A stretch of 60,676 nt of DNA, filler included, from Asterionella formosa (Eukaryota), in the NCBI GenBank assembly GCA_002256025.1. It is 8 parts of 8 records of this genome, joined end to end, with 100 filler letters (N's around TTAATTAATTAA, not from the genome) between each part and the next. Parts side by side here need not be neighbours in the genome. Positions count along the whole stretch, not along the records: positions 22,836 to 30,334 come from NKIB01012436.1; positions 30,435 to 37,925 come from NKIB01012437.1; 6 more parts are not named here. One strand, 5' to 3'. Below, piece by piece: positions 22,985 to 34,640 of the stretch. A program made the position numbers and the translations under genes. Position 1 is the first letter of the stretch, and the number at the start of each line of letters is the position of its first letter. Under the pieces are notes generated by a model. The model saw nothing but the letters and a program-made list of their open reading frames with translations, ran no database searches and was not told the origin of the DNA.

Positions 22985-24145
22985 TAACCCTGAAATTTGT
23001 GATTGTTTCAACCAACTTTGGTCCACAAACAAAGAAATTTCATTATAGTTATAAATAACAGGGCAATATACAAAAACATTTTTGTCCATGAATGAGTGCA
23101 AAAAATTTACCAAAAACAACAACTTCCACTTTCAGCACTGACCCCATTCAGGCAATGATAAACTCGATGATAGCTTCAAATATGATATCACTAAAACAAC
23201 ACATTCAGAGTATGAATCAATTGCAACCTCTCATCAACAGCAGGTACCAACAATGCATGGCAACCAACGTCTGGTGCATCATTGAATTACTAAGTGTCCT
23301 AGTTCATACCCCAGACAACTGATCGAACAGGAATCTGGGCCGACCTTGCTGACAATAAAATCCGTATTTTTCTTACAGGGAATAATATAGGAATGAAAAC
23401 AATGCCAAAATACCTGATGTAAGAGCTTGAACAAGGAAGCATGATTACAACAACACAATGTGATGAGAGAGGCATCATCATGCTTGCTGTTGAATAATGG
23501 ACTTGACAGGAGTAGGTGCTGTAGTGCCTGGTGCCTCCTGGTGTCTGCTGGTGCCTGGTGCCAGATTTCGCCACTTCCTTTTCTGACCTTATCAACAGCG
23601 AAATTTCGCTAAACAATGACATCTTGTTTACTGATGGATCACATGCTGCTAAAAGTATCAATGGGATGATCATCTCATCATCATCATAAGTAGTATCATT
23701 ATCATGATCATCAGGAGATGATGACATTATGCAACTCAATGATTATATATATACATCCTCAGCGGGTTCAATTCCCTCATTCTCCACCTACTTTGTTTAT
23801 GTAGTCCCTTGGGTTTCGGGTGTGGAGACAAACAACAAGCAGGTCCTCTGGGGGCCAAGTGCTACGACTTCATAAACTTCACGATTGTTGAGTTTGCTTG
23901 TTGACATAATTTTATAAATACATCCTCATGAAAAAGATCAGGCATAACAAATTAGAGGATGCATTGCTATGAAAATTTTACAGCTAAAAATCATTGTTAA
24001 ATTTATATTTCATGTCAGATAAGTTATCAAAATTAATTTGAATATCACAGACCAACGACAATATAATACATCGAATCAACAAAATATTTTTATGTTATAA
24101 TGCATGTTGCATTAATATGAATTAATTATCATCAGAGCATGCCCA
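22985..24145 (-). mobile_element. Diverged non-autonomous derivative of the same Harbinger family
   Basis: TIR atcagagcatgccca followed by TTA (ends 24145). Carries a decayed transposase N-terminus (MSSSPDD...IIPLILLAACDPSVNK). 23010-23090 resembles 10000-10075. Confidence 0.7.
23762..23912 (+). mobile_element. 5'-truncated tRNA-derived SINE-like insertion
   Basis: Begins gcgggttcaattccctcattctccacc (B-box/T-arm plus acceptor-like 3' strand). Flanked by the direct repeat atacatcctca (23751-23761 and 23918-23928). Absent from the homologous position of the Harbinger copy near 11970. Confidence 0.6.
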
Positions 24146-24497
24146 TTAAGGTCGAATTTGGGGAGATCCCTAATAAATCTCATCATGTTGGGATGCTCCC
24201 CAAACTCTAGGTGCAAATGTCATCAAGTTTATACAATCCCAAGTTTTCTTTTTTCTCTTTTGGAGTAGCTCCCAAACTGGAGGCCCTTTTACCTTTTTAG
24301 TGCTCATGGAGGAAACTGGTTTTGGCACAACTAAATTTTGCAACAGGAAAACTCTAAACCAATAAAAGCTTAGATCTTGACATCGAATAACCTTTAACTA
24401 TGTTTAATCAAAATGATGTTCTAAAATCATCTTGATGCTTTGCAATGTCATGTGCAACATGCACATTTAATGACTCGAGAAAGTGTCGTAATGCAAC

Positions 24498-27400
24498 TTA
24501 GGTCAACTCCCACACAATTGAGTCTACAATGTCACTTCCATTACTCTTCAAGTATTCTTTGATAGATAACAGCTTTTGCTTCAACAAGTTCACCTCGTTT
24601 TTAAGTTTTTCCTTTTCATCCACTTTGAGTTCCTCCCCATCTGTCACTTCGCCGCCATTGTCATCATTATTTTCATAATCATCGGCATCAATAATATCAT
24701 TGGAGGACGTGAACCTTTTCGGGCCAAATTTATGGGTCATTAGGAGTCTCTTTGCGTTGACCCGATCAATAGCTTTCTGTTCGGGTGTTACGATTTCTTC
24801 ATCACCTTCATCTTCATTAACACGGAAACGTCGAAGCCATGGCATCAATGCCATGACAAAAATCAGCCTCCACGCACTTCCAGCTCGAGTAGCAAAGTCG
24901 TCTCCATACCTCAGCTTTAACATATACATGACACCAAGACGTTCCATATATGGATGACGATGGGCGTCATGCAGCAGCAAGTCTTTGCGAAATTGGATGG
25001 GGAAATCATCCAGAGGGACTGGTCCTATATTGCCAACACCCCTGGCTAGCATGGGAGTGTCCAATCGGCCAACATAAAATGCAGTCACCAGCATCAACTT
25101 GACAAGACGCTGCAACATGGATAAAACCGTCAATGCCAAATTCCAACATTCCATGCAAACCATCATACAATTAGCGAAGGCAGGAGATTTTCGATAAAAA
25201 CCCTTAAAAAGGATTTTCCTCAAAGACATGAGTATAATAACCTTAACTCCGACTGTGACAAGGATACCGATCAACTGAGCAAGAACCTGTATGAAATAAG
25301 GTCTAGTGATTTGATAAACAGCCAGGAAGACAACAGTGCCAACCATGAAGAAGAGGGAACCACTTGCAAATAAGGACCCCCAAAAGGCGGCTCCAAATAG
25401 AACTCCAGTCAAGTCTGGTGCGGCTCTAGAATGAAAACAAATATTTCACATTTGTTAGATCTCGAATTATAAAGAATTCTGCGAGCCGAGCCGACACGAC
25501 ATTCAACCACAAGATGTACTTTGAACACACGTACCTGTAACGACGAAACTCAGGGTCGCGTAAACTCCCAATCACGCCACTTCGAAACTGAAGTACTGTA
25601 GCCACAACAGATGGAATCCAAATCGCAAATAGAGAAATGGCAGCACAAAAGGCCGTGAGCCCGCCAAGAAAAACTGCAAGATACCCCTGCCAGCGCGCGG
25701 GCGTCCAATCTGTCGTCTCGCCCTGTTGCGAGGGCGCAGATGTGGGGCTAGTTGTCGTCTCGCCCTGTTGCGAGGCCGCAGATGTGGGGCTAGTTGTCGT
25801 TGACTGTAGGTTTCGTTGACTAGTCGATTCAATCAGCAATCTGCCAGTGGTATTAACAAAACTGGTATTTTGAATTCCCAACACGACGTCTTGTTGAAGA
25901 AGCTGAAGTGTATCGCTATCAAGATTTTGCACAGTGTATTCCAAAAGTTGGTCAGGGAGCGAATTAAGGAGGGACTCAGCAAACTCAGTGGCAAACGTTT
26001 CGTTCACAAAATAAAGCCAAAGGTAGGAGGAAAAATTTTCATACTTGCTTTGTTGAACGAGATATTCACTGATGACTTGGTTCATATAGATGGACAACGA
26101 GTACGCAGAATTGATTGCCCCATCGTCAATCGTAGTCGGGGACGATGTCGGAGTCGATGAATAATCGGAAGGACTCGATGACGAGGGTTCATAAAGAGAA
26201 ACAACTACTGTGTAGAAAACAACCATGAGAATGATGAAGAGAACGCCCACGAAGATCTGAGCAGCATTAATGGCATAGATGCGACTGTGGATCCAAATAC
26301 CCTCTTCAGCCACGATCGTTCCTTTCCACATGCCCTTCCAACACCAGAGCACTCCACCGTATCTTTCACGATCATCAACCGTCGCATGAAAGTTGAGCAA
26401 CGCATCACCGAAACCTTTGGCTTCTGTGTTGTCAGTGTTGGTGACGTTTCGATTCTTTGAAGTGCGCAGCGACGATCCTGCTAGTGTTCCATCGTGAAGA
26501 GCAATTGCGTCAGTAACCATCTTGGCCGTCTTAAACGATGCAGACTGCTTTGTTGCTTTCTCTGCTTTGGCCATGCCGGGGACCAACAACTTAGAAAAAA
26601 ACGACAATTTTCCAGTTGAAACCGTAGATTTTGGTACGACCAAGAAGAAGAGAGCCTTTACCTGAAAGAACAACAAGAACGCCCCGAGAACAACGATGCT
26701 GTAAGACTGGAATTCTTTTGCAGCAGTCAACAAGGTTTGATCAGGTCTGGTCGTATTGATGATCAGAAATCTGAATTGAAAAATGTTGGACAAGATGGTT
26801 GTACAGACCACGGTTGTGATTCCAACAAGCAGGTACAAGAAATCACCAATACTTCGAGTCGCGTAAATGGAATTTCCTGCACTTGTCATGAACACAAATA
26901 AGAATCCGAGAATACTGAAGAAATTCTTTGGTGAGTCTCATTCTCGAGGCAAGCCATGGACACACTATTACAGCATACCTCAGTTGAACAAAAATGAGCA
27001 ACCAAGCAACAATGGAATTGACAACTTTACATGCGAAGTCATTGTTGAATTTGCTGCAATCCAAAGCACCAAGGAAGCTATTCAAATTAATCACATAAGA
27101 AAAGTATAACATCACAACCAAAAACCATACGATAGCTACGAAAGCCTTCGAACTGTAATTCTCTGCAATTCCGTCAACGCTTGCAGCAGTGTAGACCCTC
27201 TTAACCTGCTGGCCTTCATCAAACTTGCTCTTCGATTTGTTGACTTCTTCGTCATCAAGTTCCTTGCTCCCGTCTGTATTTTGATTCTTACTGGAGCCAG
27301 CAATAACTTCAACGTCCAGGGTGGTCCCTTGAAAGACGTCGTCGAAGTGGGTCGTGGCTGTTTCGTCCCAATCATTATTGTACTTCGCAATGTCATCAGT

Positions 27401-28091
27401 ACAAGCCTTCATGAGAAGCGCCGCACTCAAACGAGTGGGTTCTTGGAGAGCGCCAGCGGCCAACAACATTTCATCAATGACTACGGGAGGGACATCGAAC
27501 TCCCCGTATGTCTCGAGAATGTTCTGCATTGCAGCTCGGTCTAAGATTGGTGTGTCCGTTGAGGCCGTGGAATCCTTCAATATCATCGTGAGGACTTTGC
27601 TGAAGATATTATCGTCATCATCAACCGATGCACTCGCTTTCTTGAGGTAAGGTATCAAAAGGATGCTGACGATTTCAACAATATCAAAAACGGCAGCTGG
27701 ACTGTCGCCGAGAGCTCCGGCAAGGCCAGGCATTAAGTTCTCCTTGACAAAATCTAAGTCAGCTTTAAGGCCATGCCGAGATAGCAAAAAGCGGACGACA
27801 TCCTTGTCTGCAAAGTTTAAGTGACAGAGAAGTGCGAAAATGAGCAAAATCTCTATTAAAAGGAAGCAATTCCACTCGCCATTTCGAAGATCGGTCAGCC
27901 GTGCGGATTCATTTGACTCCACTTATTGCCAAACATACGGTATACACAACACAGCTCATCCTAGGAATGTACTCACCTGTAATTGTTGCATCTGGTCGAA
28001 GATTCTTTCCCGTCTGGTGCAACGCCGATAAATACTGCAGCTCGTTGATGTCCCGATGGGCACCAATCGGTCGCTCGAACGTGATTGTCAT
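24498..28091 (-). CDS. Large multi-pass membrane protein with a STRA6-like C-terminal region (introns 27808-27976, 26915-26978, 25426-25534)
   Basis: Four ORFs are joined in frame by canonical GT-AG introns. Many TM helices. VGRLDTP...LD..F...L....HRHPY resembles the STRA6 family C-terminus; the tail is coiled-coil-like. Start codon is inferred. Confidence 0.7.
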
Positions 28092-28439
28092 CTTCGATTC
28101 ACTGGCCTCTCCTTGACGAATACGCTTAGGTGATGCCAAGCGAAGGTCTCGCTTGTGTTTCCGGATGGCTACCAGGGGACCAGTACCGGTACGGTAGTTC
28201 AATAATATCTTACTTACACTCTTACTTCAGATTGACACGCTTTGGGAAAAGCCACATCTTGGTTTTTGGCACGAGCATCTTTATTGGAATAAATTAGCCC
28301 TTCCAGTGAAATCGATTGTGTGATGATGCATCTATGTTTATAGACATGCATGAATACCAGTTCTATGTAGTTGTACCAGGTACCTGGTACCTGGTACCTT
28401 GCAAGTTCTGACCATTTTGAGTAAGGTTCCTGCATTTGA

Positions 28440-30334
28440 ACCCCTAAAACGAGGTAGGGTTAAAAATTATATTAAGTCAGAGTAGTCAAACATAGACTTC
28501 TTACGAGTAAAACGTAAATGTATATCGCTAAACAGAGCTTTCACCAATACACACCCTTTCCATATGCTTAAATACAGTCATTTATCAAAGTAGGGGTATA
28601 GGTCAACGCTATATATCGTCAGGATATAGGATCTGGCGAGAAACTGCAGAAAGGAACTTCGGTTTTTTAACTATGCTGAAAATAGTGGATTTTACTGGGC
28701 CAACTCATTTATTTGGCCTAGTAAAAAAACCGAAGTTCCTTTCTGCAGTTTCTCACCGAAAGTTAACTTCTGGGGCTATATGAAGATTACCTATGTACTT
28801 AACTCTTCTTCAAACCCTGCCAACGTTGAGCTATCGTTGTCCAAAAATTCGACAATATCGGCCTTTTCAATGGTCACCAAAATGTCAGAATCAGAATCAC
28901 TAATCGCCAAAATGTCATCATCGGAATAGGAGTCTTGTGATTCGATTTTTCGTCCTACAATCGCCTGTACAAAAAATTCCATTGTAAGTGCACCACGCTT
29001 CACTATAAATATTTTGATTGGTCAAGTTCAATTACTTTCCAACAATTGATTGGCCTGGTTTGCGTGGTCTTGCAAACCCAAGCTCCTGGCCACACTGGAT
29101 GCACATGTAACATTTTCTTGGGTGTTGGCCAGTACAATATCCACAGTAGTAGGTAGCTGATCATCATTGATCATACGCATACCAGTCAGTGTGATCAGGC
29201 ACTGTTCCTTTCCTTCTTGTTTCCTGATGTTCCCTCCTTCTGGAGAGCGCAACACCAGAACCGTAAGTCTTACCTGATTTGTTACCTTGCCTTTCCTGTT
29301 TGACTGTTTCGAATCGTGCTGCATGTATTTTTTCGCCTCGTTTCCTCTTTCATTTGAATTGTGCTTTATAGGCTCCATTGTCACTTTGTCGCTTTTCTTT
29401 TTGTCTCCAGAAGGATTCTTGCAGTGCTGACATCTGCATTCCAAATTGCTTGTATACATTCCTTGTGTATTGTGTTGCTCCTTGTGTGTGTGTTGCCCAG
29501 CAACCAAAGCCACTCGATATTGAAGGCCTCCAGATCCCGCAAACACCTTGTTTTTTGGACATTGTCGCGACAGGCCACTGCATTGTTCATTGCCTCATTA
29601 ATCTGTGTGTCAAAGGGATGATGCAACGATAGTAACTTTTCGCCTTCGACTGTCGTTGCAACATGCAGCATTAACCATTTGTGTAAATCTTTTTCCTTTT
29701 CCTTGTCATGATATTTTCCGTTACTAACCATTATTCCTGCTTTTCCAGGGCACCATGTCTCAGAGCAGTAATCGTGGCAGCCAAATAAATGGTTGATTGG
29801 TGCCTTGGATGAAATACTAAATTCGGCCAGAGAGAGGTTCCGGTTTTTTTTAATCCAAGCGCCATAGTAAACTTTCAACCGGAGACAATCTGCTTTTGAG
29901 GGACGCTTGAGGGAGACTGGGCCATTGGATTTCATAAAAGCTGGGCGGAGAAGGACCTGTACTCTGTGGGATGGGTCAGACAGAAATGTAGGTTCGGGTA
30001 CTGTCAGTAGAAGGCATCCTTTGTCCGATTTTTTAAATCCTTTCTTGGCCATTGGAAGGATGACTGTAGTTTCAATAATTATAGGACCACTTAGAAACAG
30101 CTCGAATAATAGAATCATCATCACAGATGATTGTAGAGTAGATAACATTGTTTTTCATTACTGCATCAATCATCATTTCTACACCAGCATCTGGTTCCAT
30201 TGCTTTTGAACTACCAGTTACATGATTCTTGGGACAAACATGTTCCTTGATTGATTTCTTGTACCGTATAGCCCTGTCGCACACATTACAGACCTTAGAT
30301 TTCACTCTGTAGTCTAGTATCTTTTTCGTGTAGC
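28440..30334 (-). mobile_element. Degenerate DDE DNA transposon with a Mutator-like (PF20700-type, possibly Kolobok-related) transposase
   Basis: CNVC..HVCPKNHVTGSSKAME, YSTIICDDDS, DPSHRV, HLFGCHDYCSETWC and DTQINEAMN occur across frameshifts. The left boundary is approximate. Confidence 0.75.
28635..28757. repeat. Near-perfect ~38-bp inverted repeat (hairpin)
   Basis: gagaaactgcagaaaggaacttcggtttttt versus aaaaaaccgaagttcctttctgcagtttctc. Confidence 0.9.
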
Positions 30335-30799
30335 NNNNNNNNNNNNNNNNNNNNNNNNNNNNNNNNNNNNNNNNNNNNTTAATTAATTAANNNNNNNNNN
30401 NNNNNNNNNNNNNNNNNNNNNNNNNNNNNNNNNNTAAAGCACAATTCAAACGGAAAATGAAACGAAACAAAACGAAAAACTATATGCTGCACGATTTGAA
30501 ACTGTCAAACAAGAAAGGCATGACAATAAAATTGGGAGGGCTGCTTGCTTACAGCTCTGAGGTGGGGTTATTAGAAGACCAAGATCAGGAGGCCACAATG
30601 AAGAATGCAAATGCGCAATGAAAATTGTGGCCGGAATGATCATCAGAGAAACAGCAACGCGCTCTGTCCATTCTTTCAAGTCAAAGCGATTTATAGAAGT
30701 ACTGGTAAATGTATGGTAGTCGACACAGTACCACGCACCAGCCAACACCCTAAAAAATAATATATGTGCATCCAGTGTGGCTGGCATAAGTTTGCAACG

Positions 30800-33700
30800 C
30801 CCTGCAGATCAGGCCAATCAAACAGAGGTTACTAAGCCATGGATACGTTCTTTGGGCACACGTCAACTGCCGGTGATGGCGTAATGCTACTCAGAGCAAT
30901 TAAAGAGTTCACATACAACTTTCAGATCCAGAAATATTTGACACACTCCTTATACAAATCTAAACGAAGTTTTACATGCTTTTCCAAGGAAGGACAGCTA
31001 GTACAACTCAACAGTTCCAGAACATGATAGACATAATTGAGCGCAGTGGTGGAAGTATTGGCGAAGAGGATATTGGAGTTGAGAAGATGATTCTTGGGAA
31101 TAAAAACAAAGCCAGCATCTCAGAAGCGGAGTTGATTGATTTAAAAGAAGAGATAAACAAGCAGGGTCAATCAATGGCAGTGGCATTCCTACTTGGTGTT
31201 GATCGCCTCCAATATGGGAAACTTGTTGAAAATATGGAAATTGATAACCTACAAGGGCACAATAACTACCCAATCACCGCGTCAGCTGCCAATCATCTAT
31301 TAATCAATCGGAAACATGATCCTTGACAAGGTCTCCATGAAGTAGGCCCAATAAGCCATGAAGTGTCATTCAACACTAGTAATGATGGAGGCGACTCAGT
31401 TTTGCTCAATAACAGAGAAAGGGTGAGGCCTTAAGGAAAACTAATGTCACTTGCAATAAATGCCAGAAGATGGGGCAATATGCTAATGAATGTAGCGAAG
31501 ATAAGACACCAGCAGCACTAACAATCATTTCTAGTAGTGCAGAGCCATCGGTTGAGAATCAGACTGCCACAACCCTACTTATGAATGGAGTATCCGATGC
31601 TGAATTCAACAGCAACTTGCACTTCCAATTCTTTAACCAAGAAACTGATATGATGAATGATGAGGTCATCATGCAAATCGGTAGCGATGGACAGATGCCA
31701 AAAAGCTGGATTCTCCTTGATAACCACCAGTCTACCATAGATGTGTTTCATAGTACTAAGGAATTCCTTATTAATATTCGTAAACACCAAAATGAATTGG
31801 ACATCCACTGCAACACAGGGATTGCCACAACCAAGCTCATTGGTGAGCTGCCTGGATATGGAACAATATGATACAACGCAAATGTAATTGCTAATATTTT
31901 ATCCTTGGCCCGCGTGAGGGAACAAGGGTACCAAGTCACTTATGATAGCTTGGAAGGAAATGCTTTTCGTGTGCACAAGCAAATCAGACGGATCTGTGCA
32001 AGAGTTTAAGGAAGAATCAGGCAAAGGACTGTACTACATGGATACAAACACGGTAAACAATAGCCCCCGTGTTAGATATTCACGGCGATACTACTCCAAA
32101 GCGTTATTAGCTAGCTCGTAAAATACAGAAAATAATTGGACAACCAGAAAGCACTCAAAAATATATCAAGCAAGATTGTTGAAAAGAATTTACTGCCCAA
32201 TGGTCCTATCACCAAGGATGATATTCTGGCTACAGAGCACATGATCTTTGGACCAGATTTCGAATCCCTAAAAGNNNNNNNNNNNNNNNNNNNNNNNNNN
32301 NNNNNNNNNNNNNNNNNNNNNNNNNNNNNNNNNNNNNNNNNNNNNNNNNNNNNNNNNNNNNNNNNNNNNNNNNNNNNNNNNNNNNNNNNNNNNNNNNAAA
32401 TTGGACCAGATTTCGAATCCCTAAAAGTAAAACTGTCCTTCAGACGAGGCCAGTGCCAGTGCAGACACAACATGCAGATGTTCCCGGATCTATAATGAAT
32501 CGGTACCATGAAATTACCATGGCTGGTTACATCATATCAGTTAATAAACTCCCTCTTTAGTCACAATATCAAGGCATATCAAATTCAGTACAGCCAATCT
32601 ACTCCAAAACCAACAACATGGTACCATCATAGCTAGGTGCAAAAAAGCATGAATACTAACTGTATTCGCAATGAGGATTCAGAAAGACGGCAATACTCAT
32701 GGATGGAGAATTTGATGGGCTGCGCGGAGACCTGGCCGAATTAGGAATTATGCTTAATACTGCTTCCAATGATGAACATCTAACCAAGAAGATCGAGCGG
32801 CACATCAGAACTATTAAAGAGCGGGTCTGAAGTGCTGCTGTATACATGATGCTGCCATTCCAACGCATCCCAACGCGTATCATCATTGAGTTGATATGCA
32901 TATTACTCTTTGTTCCGGCTCAACAGTTTTCCTGCCCCCGGGGGCATATCAGACACTATGATCACACGCACCATAGCTGTGGGGATCCACCATTGACTAC
33001 ACACAACACTACCGGATCGAGTTTGGCATGTATGTGCAGACACACGAAACCCATGATAACAGCATGACTCCTTGCACAACCGGTGCTCTTGCTCTACAAC
33101 CCACAGGCTGCTATCATCAGGGTGGACACCTATTCTTTAGCCTCACTATGGGAAAAATCATCAACCGAAATCACTGGACAGCCCTCCCCATGCCGTTGGA
33201 AGTTGTGGACCAAGTAAATCCCCTTGCAGCAGGACTTGGTCTAGCTACTCAGACTCGTCTCACTTTTGCCAACTCACAATAACAATAACGATGAAAACAA
33301 TTATAATGGTGAAGATGACCACACTGGAGACAGTCCTATCCATACTGGGTCTCACGAGATTGCAGGATTGGATGAAAACTATGTAATAAGCCAAACTGAA
33401 TATGAAAACCACCATAATGAAAAGGACACAGAAAACCAAATGGCTGAACATACTAGCTAGAAAACGAGACAGTAAGTCAAAGTGAAGATCAAAATAACGG
33501 TGAAGAAAATGAGGACATCAAAACTGAAGATGATGACATTCAAAATCAGATGGACAAGAGATACTACGGTATGCAAAGTTATCCAGACAGTATGACTGCT
33601 TGCTCGGAAACCTCGAGACTATGGGCATCTACATTGCACTCTCGAAAGCATTGCCATGACTCAGCAGAGTATTAAAAAAGGACTTAAGCTCTTTGGAGAA

Positions 33701-34640
33701 GCCGGGACTGATGCAATCATGAAAGAATCACACCAACTTCACGATGGAGGAGTGCTTGAACCTATGACTGCCACACAATTGGCTGTCCCAGGAACAGCAC
33801 AAGGACGCATTGTTGCAGTATCTCATGTTTCTTAAACAGAAGACGAATGGAACAATCAAAGGAAAAAGCTGCGCTGATGGGCATAAACAGCGTGCGAAAA
33901 CAACAAAAGAGGAGGCTAGTTCACTAACAGTGGCCATCGAATCTGTTTTGTTGTCCTGTGTCAGAAATGCAAAAGAAGGACGCGACGTGGCAACCGTGGA
34001 TATTCATAGGGCTTTCATGCAGGCTGACATGGAGGATATAGTACTTATGAAGCTGGAAGGTAAAATGGTGGAACTGATGGTTTGAAATACCCTAAAATGT
34101 TCAGGCAACACATTCAAATTGAGAAAGGAAGAACAGTTTTGTACGTGGAGCTCAAGAAGGCATTATACGATATACTAAAGGCCGCCCTAGTGTTCTGGAA
34201 CATGCTCAGTTCAAAACTTCTTCGATGGCAGGGATTCAACGCGAATTGGTATGACAGATGTGTAATGAACAAAATGGCGGATGGGAAACAATTCACGAAA
34301 CTATGGTATTTGGATGATTTAAAGATATCCCACGTCAAGAACCCAGATGTGGTAAATGAGCGACATCATAGAGAAGCTCGAAGATGTGTTCGGCAAAGAA
34401 GAACCACCATAAACTAAACATGAGGAAAGGTTCACGAATATCTAGGAATGAGGATCGACTTCAGTGAGGCAAGAAATTCAAGTTCACTTTGGTGGATTAC
34501 TACATAAAGGAAATGTTAGAAGAATTACCCAAGGATATGAATGGGACATCCCCCACACCTGAAACATCACACTTGCTTGTTTGATGTGAACAAAGCTGCA
34601 GAGACACTACCAAATGACATTGCTGACCTATATCATCATA
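30800..34640 (+). mobile_element. Degenerate Ty1/Copia LTR retrotransposon (CoDi-like) gag-pol
   Basis: Order is gag Zn knuckle (CNKCQKMGQYANEC), protease (WILLDN-QST), integrase (MDGEF, IERHIRTIKER), then RT (KGKSCADG, DIHRAFMQAD, LKKALY, YLDDLKISH). Many stops and frameshifts; RNase H and LTRs not seen. Confidence 0.9.

Noticed and set aside
27880..27922. Extra exon with a GC donor in the STRA6-like gene
   Set aside because: A single canonical intron (27808-27976) already gives an in-frame product, and there is no transcript evidence.
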